IMG/VR virus record: IMGVR_UViG_3300012009_000091
Coordinates: 64,001 to 128,000 of that record
From: a virus
Reading direction: 5' to 3' (one strand)
DNA length: 64,000 bases
This document shows, piece after piece, positions 63,776 to 64,000 of this stretch. The notes under the pieces are model-generated. The model searched no databases and had not been told where the DNA came from. It saw nothing but the letters and a program-made list of their open reading frames with translations. The stretch's first letter is position 1, and each line of letters starts with the position of its first letter. The translations under genes were made by a program, and so were the position numbers.

Positions 63776-64000
63776 ATGATCACGCGGCTGGACCTCACGG
63801 ACTTTACCCTCTTCGCCCGGGCGGACTTCCAGTTCGGTGCCCTCAACGTAATCCACGGAGCCAACAGCAGCGGCAAGACCCATTTGCTCAAGCTGGCCTA
63901 TTGCGTGACCTCCGCGATTACGCCACGTCCGAACGAACCCGTGTCCGGTCAACCAACCAAGACCAGGCTCGAACCCGCGCTCGGAGCCAAGCTCGCCGCG
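63776..64000 (+). CDS. ABC/SMC-type ATPase (AAA_15/AAA_21-like), truncated by the window end
   Basis: Translated by hand: MITRLDLTDFTLF...LNVIHGANSSGKTHLLK (Walker A); GGAG RBS; open to base 64000. Confidence 0.8.
   Translation, partial: MITRLDLTDFTLFARADFQFGALNVIHGANSSGKTHLLKLAYCVTSAITPRPNEPVSGQPTKTRLEPALGAKLAA

Noticed and set aside
1-64000. CRISPR array, tRNA or rRNA genes
   Set aside because: No regularly spaced repeat-spacer units, no cloverleaf with a T-loop consensus and no rRNA-like segments seen; the repeats present are coding paralogs.
1-64000. Stop-codon reassignment
   Set aside because: Conserved genes are full length in the standard code and end at TAA, TAG and TGA with tight coupling.

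Overview
The window reads as a segment of a large lytic myovirus-type (probably jumbo) phage genome, in the standard genetic code. About 1-25.7 kb is a packaging and morphogenesis block: terminase large subunit, an intein-split prohead protease, many low-complexity head-interior proteins, decoration and major capsid proteins, neck proteins, tail sheath and tube. I could not recognise a portal, tape measure, baseplate, polymerase, integrase, tRNA or CRISPR array. About 25.7-28.1 kb is a minus-strand cluster of small genes and two structured ncRNA candidates. About 28.3-64 kb is a dense plus-strand accessory region: Bro-N protein, two-domain ThyX, papain-like protease plus lipoprotein, MYG1, XRE HTH, Myb-like, CsrA-like, deoxynucleoside kinase, HD hydrolase, an ART-GNAT fusion, DinG, amidase and DHH. 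It ends in tandem paralog arrays (a pair of unknown genes, five pentapeptide-repeat genes plus a collapsed copy, two FGE/CLec-fold genes) and a truncated ABC-type ATPase. The strongest unexplained signals are: (1) a K-x-A motif that saturates head-interior proteins, is absent from terminase, sheath and tube, and also marks two remote genes including the ART-GNAT fusion, suggesting protease-processed, virion-delivered cargo; (2) a recurring GTATAAG promoter-like motif, often preceded by a hairpin+TTAG element; (3) two tandem structured RNAs at 26.8-27.1 kb, each with its own motif copy. All functional calls come from motifs recognised by eye; no searches were run.
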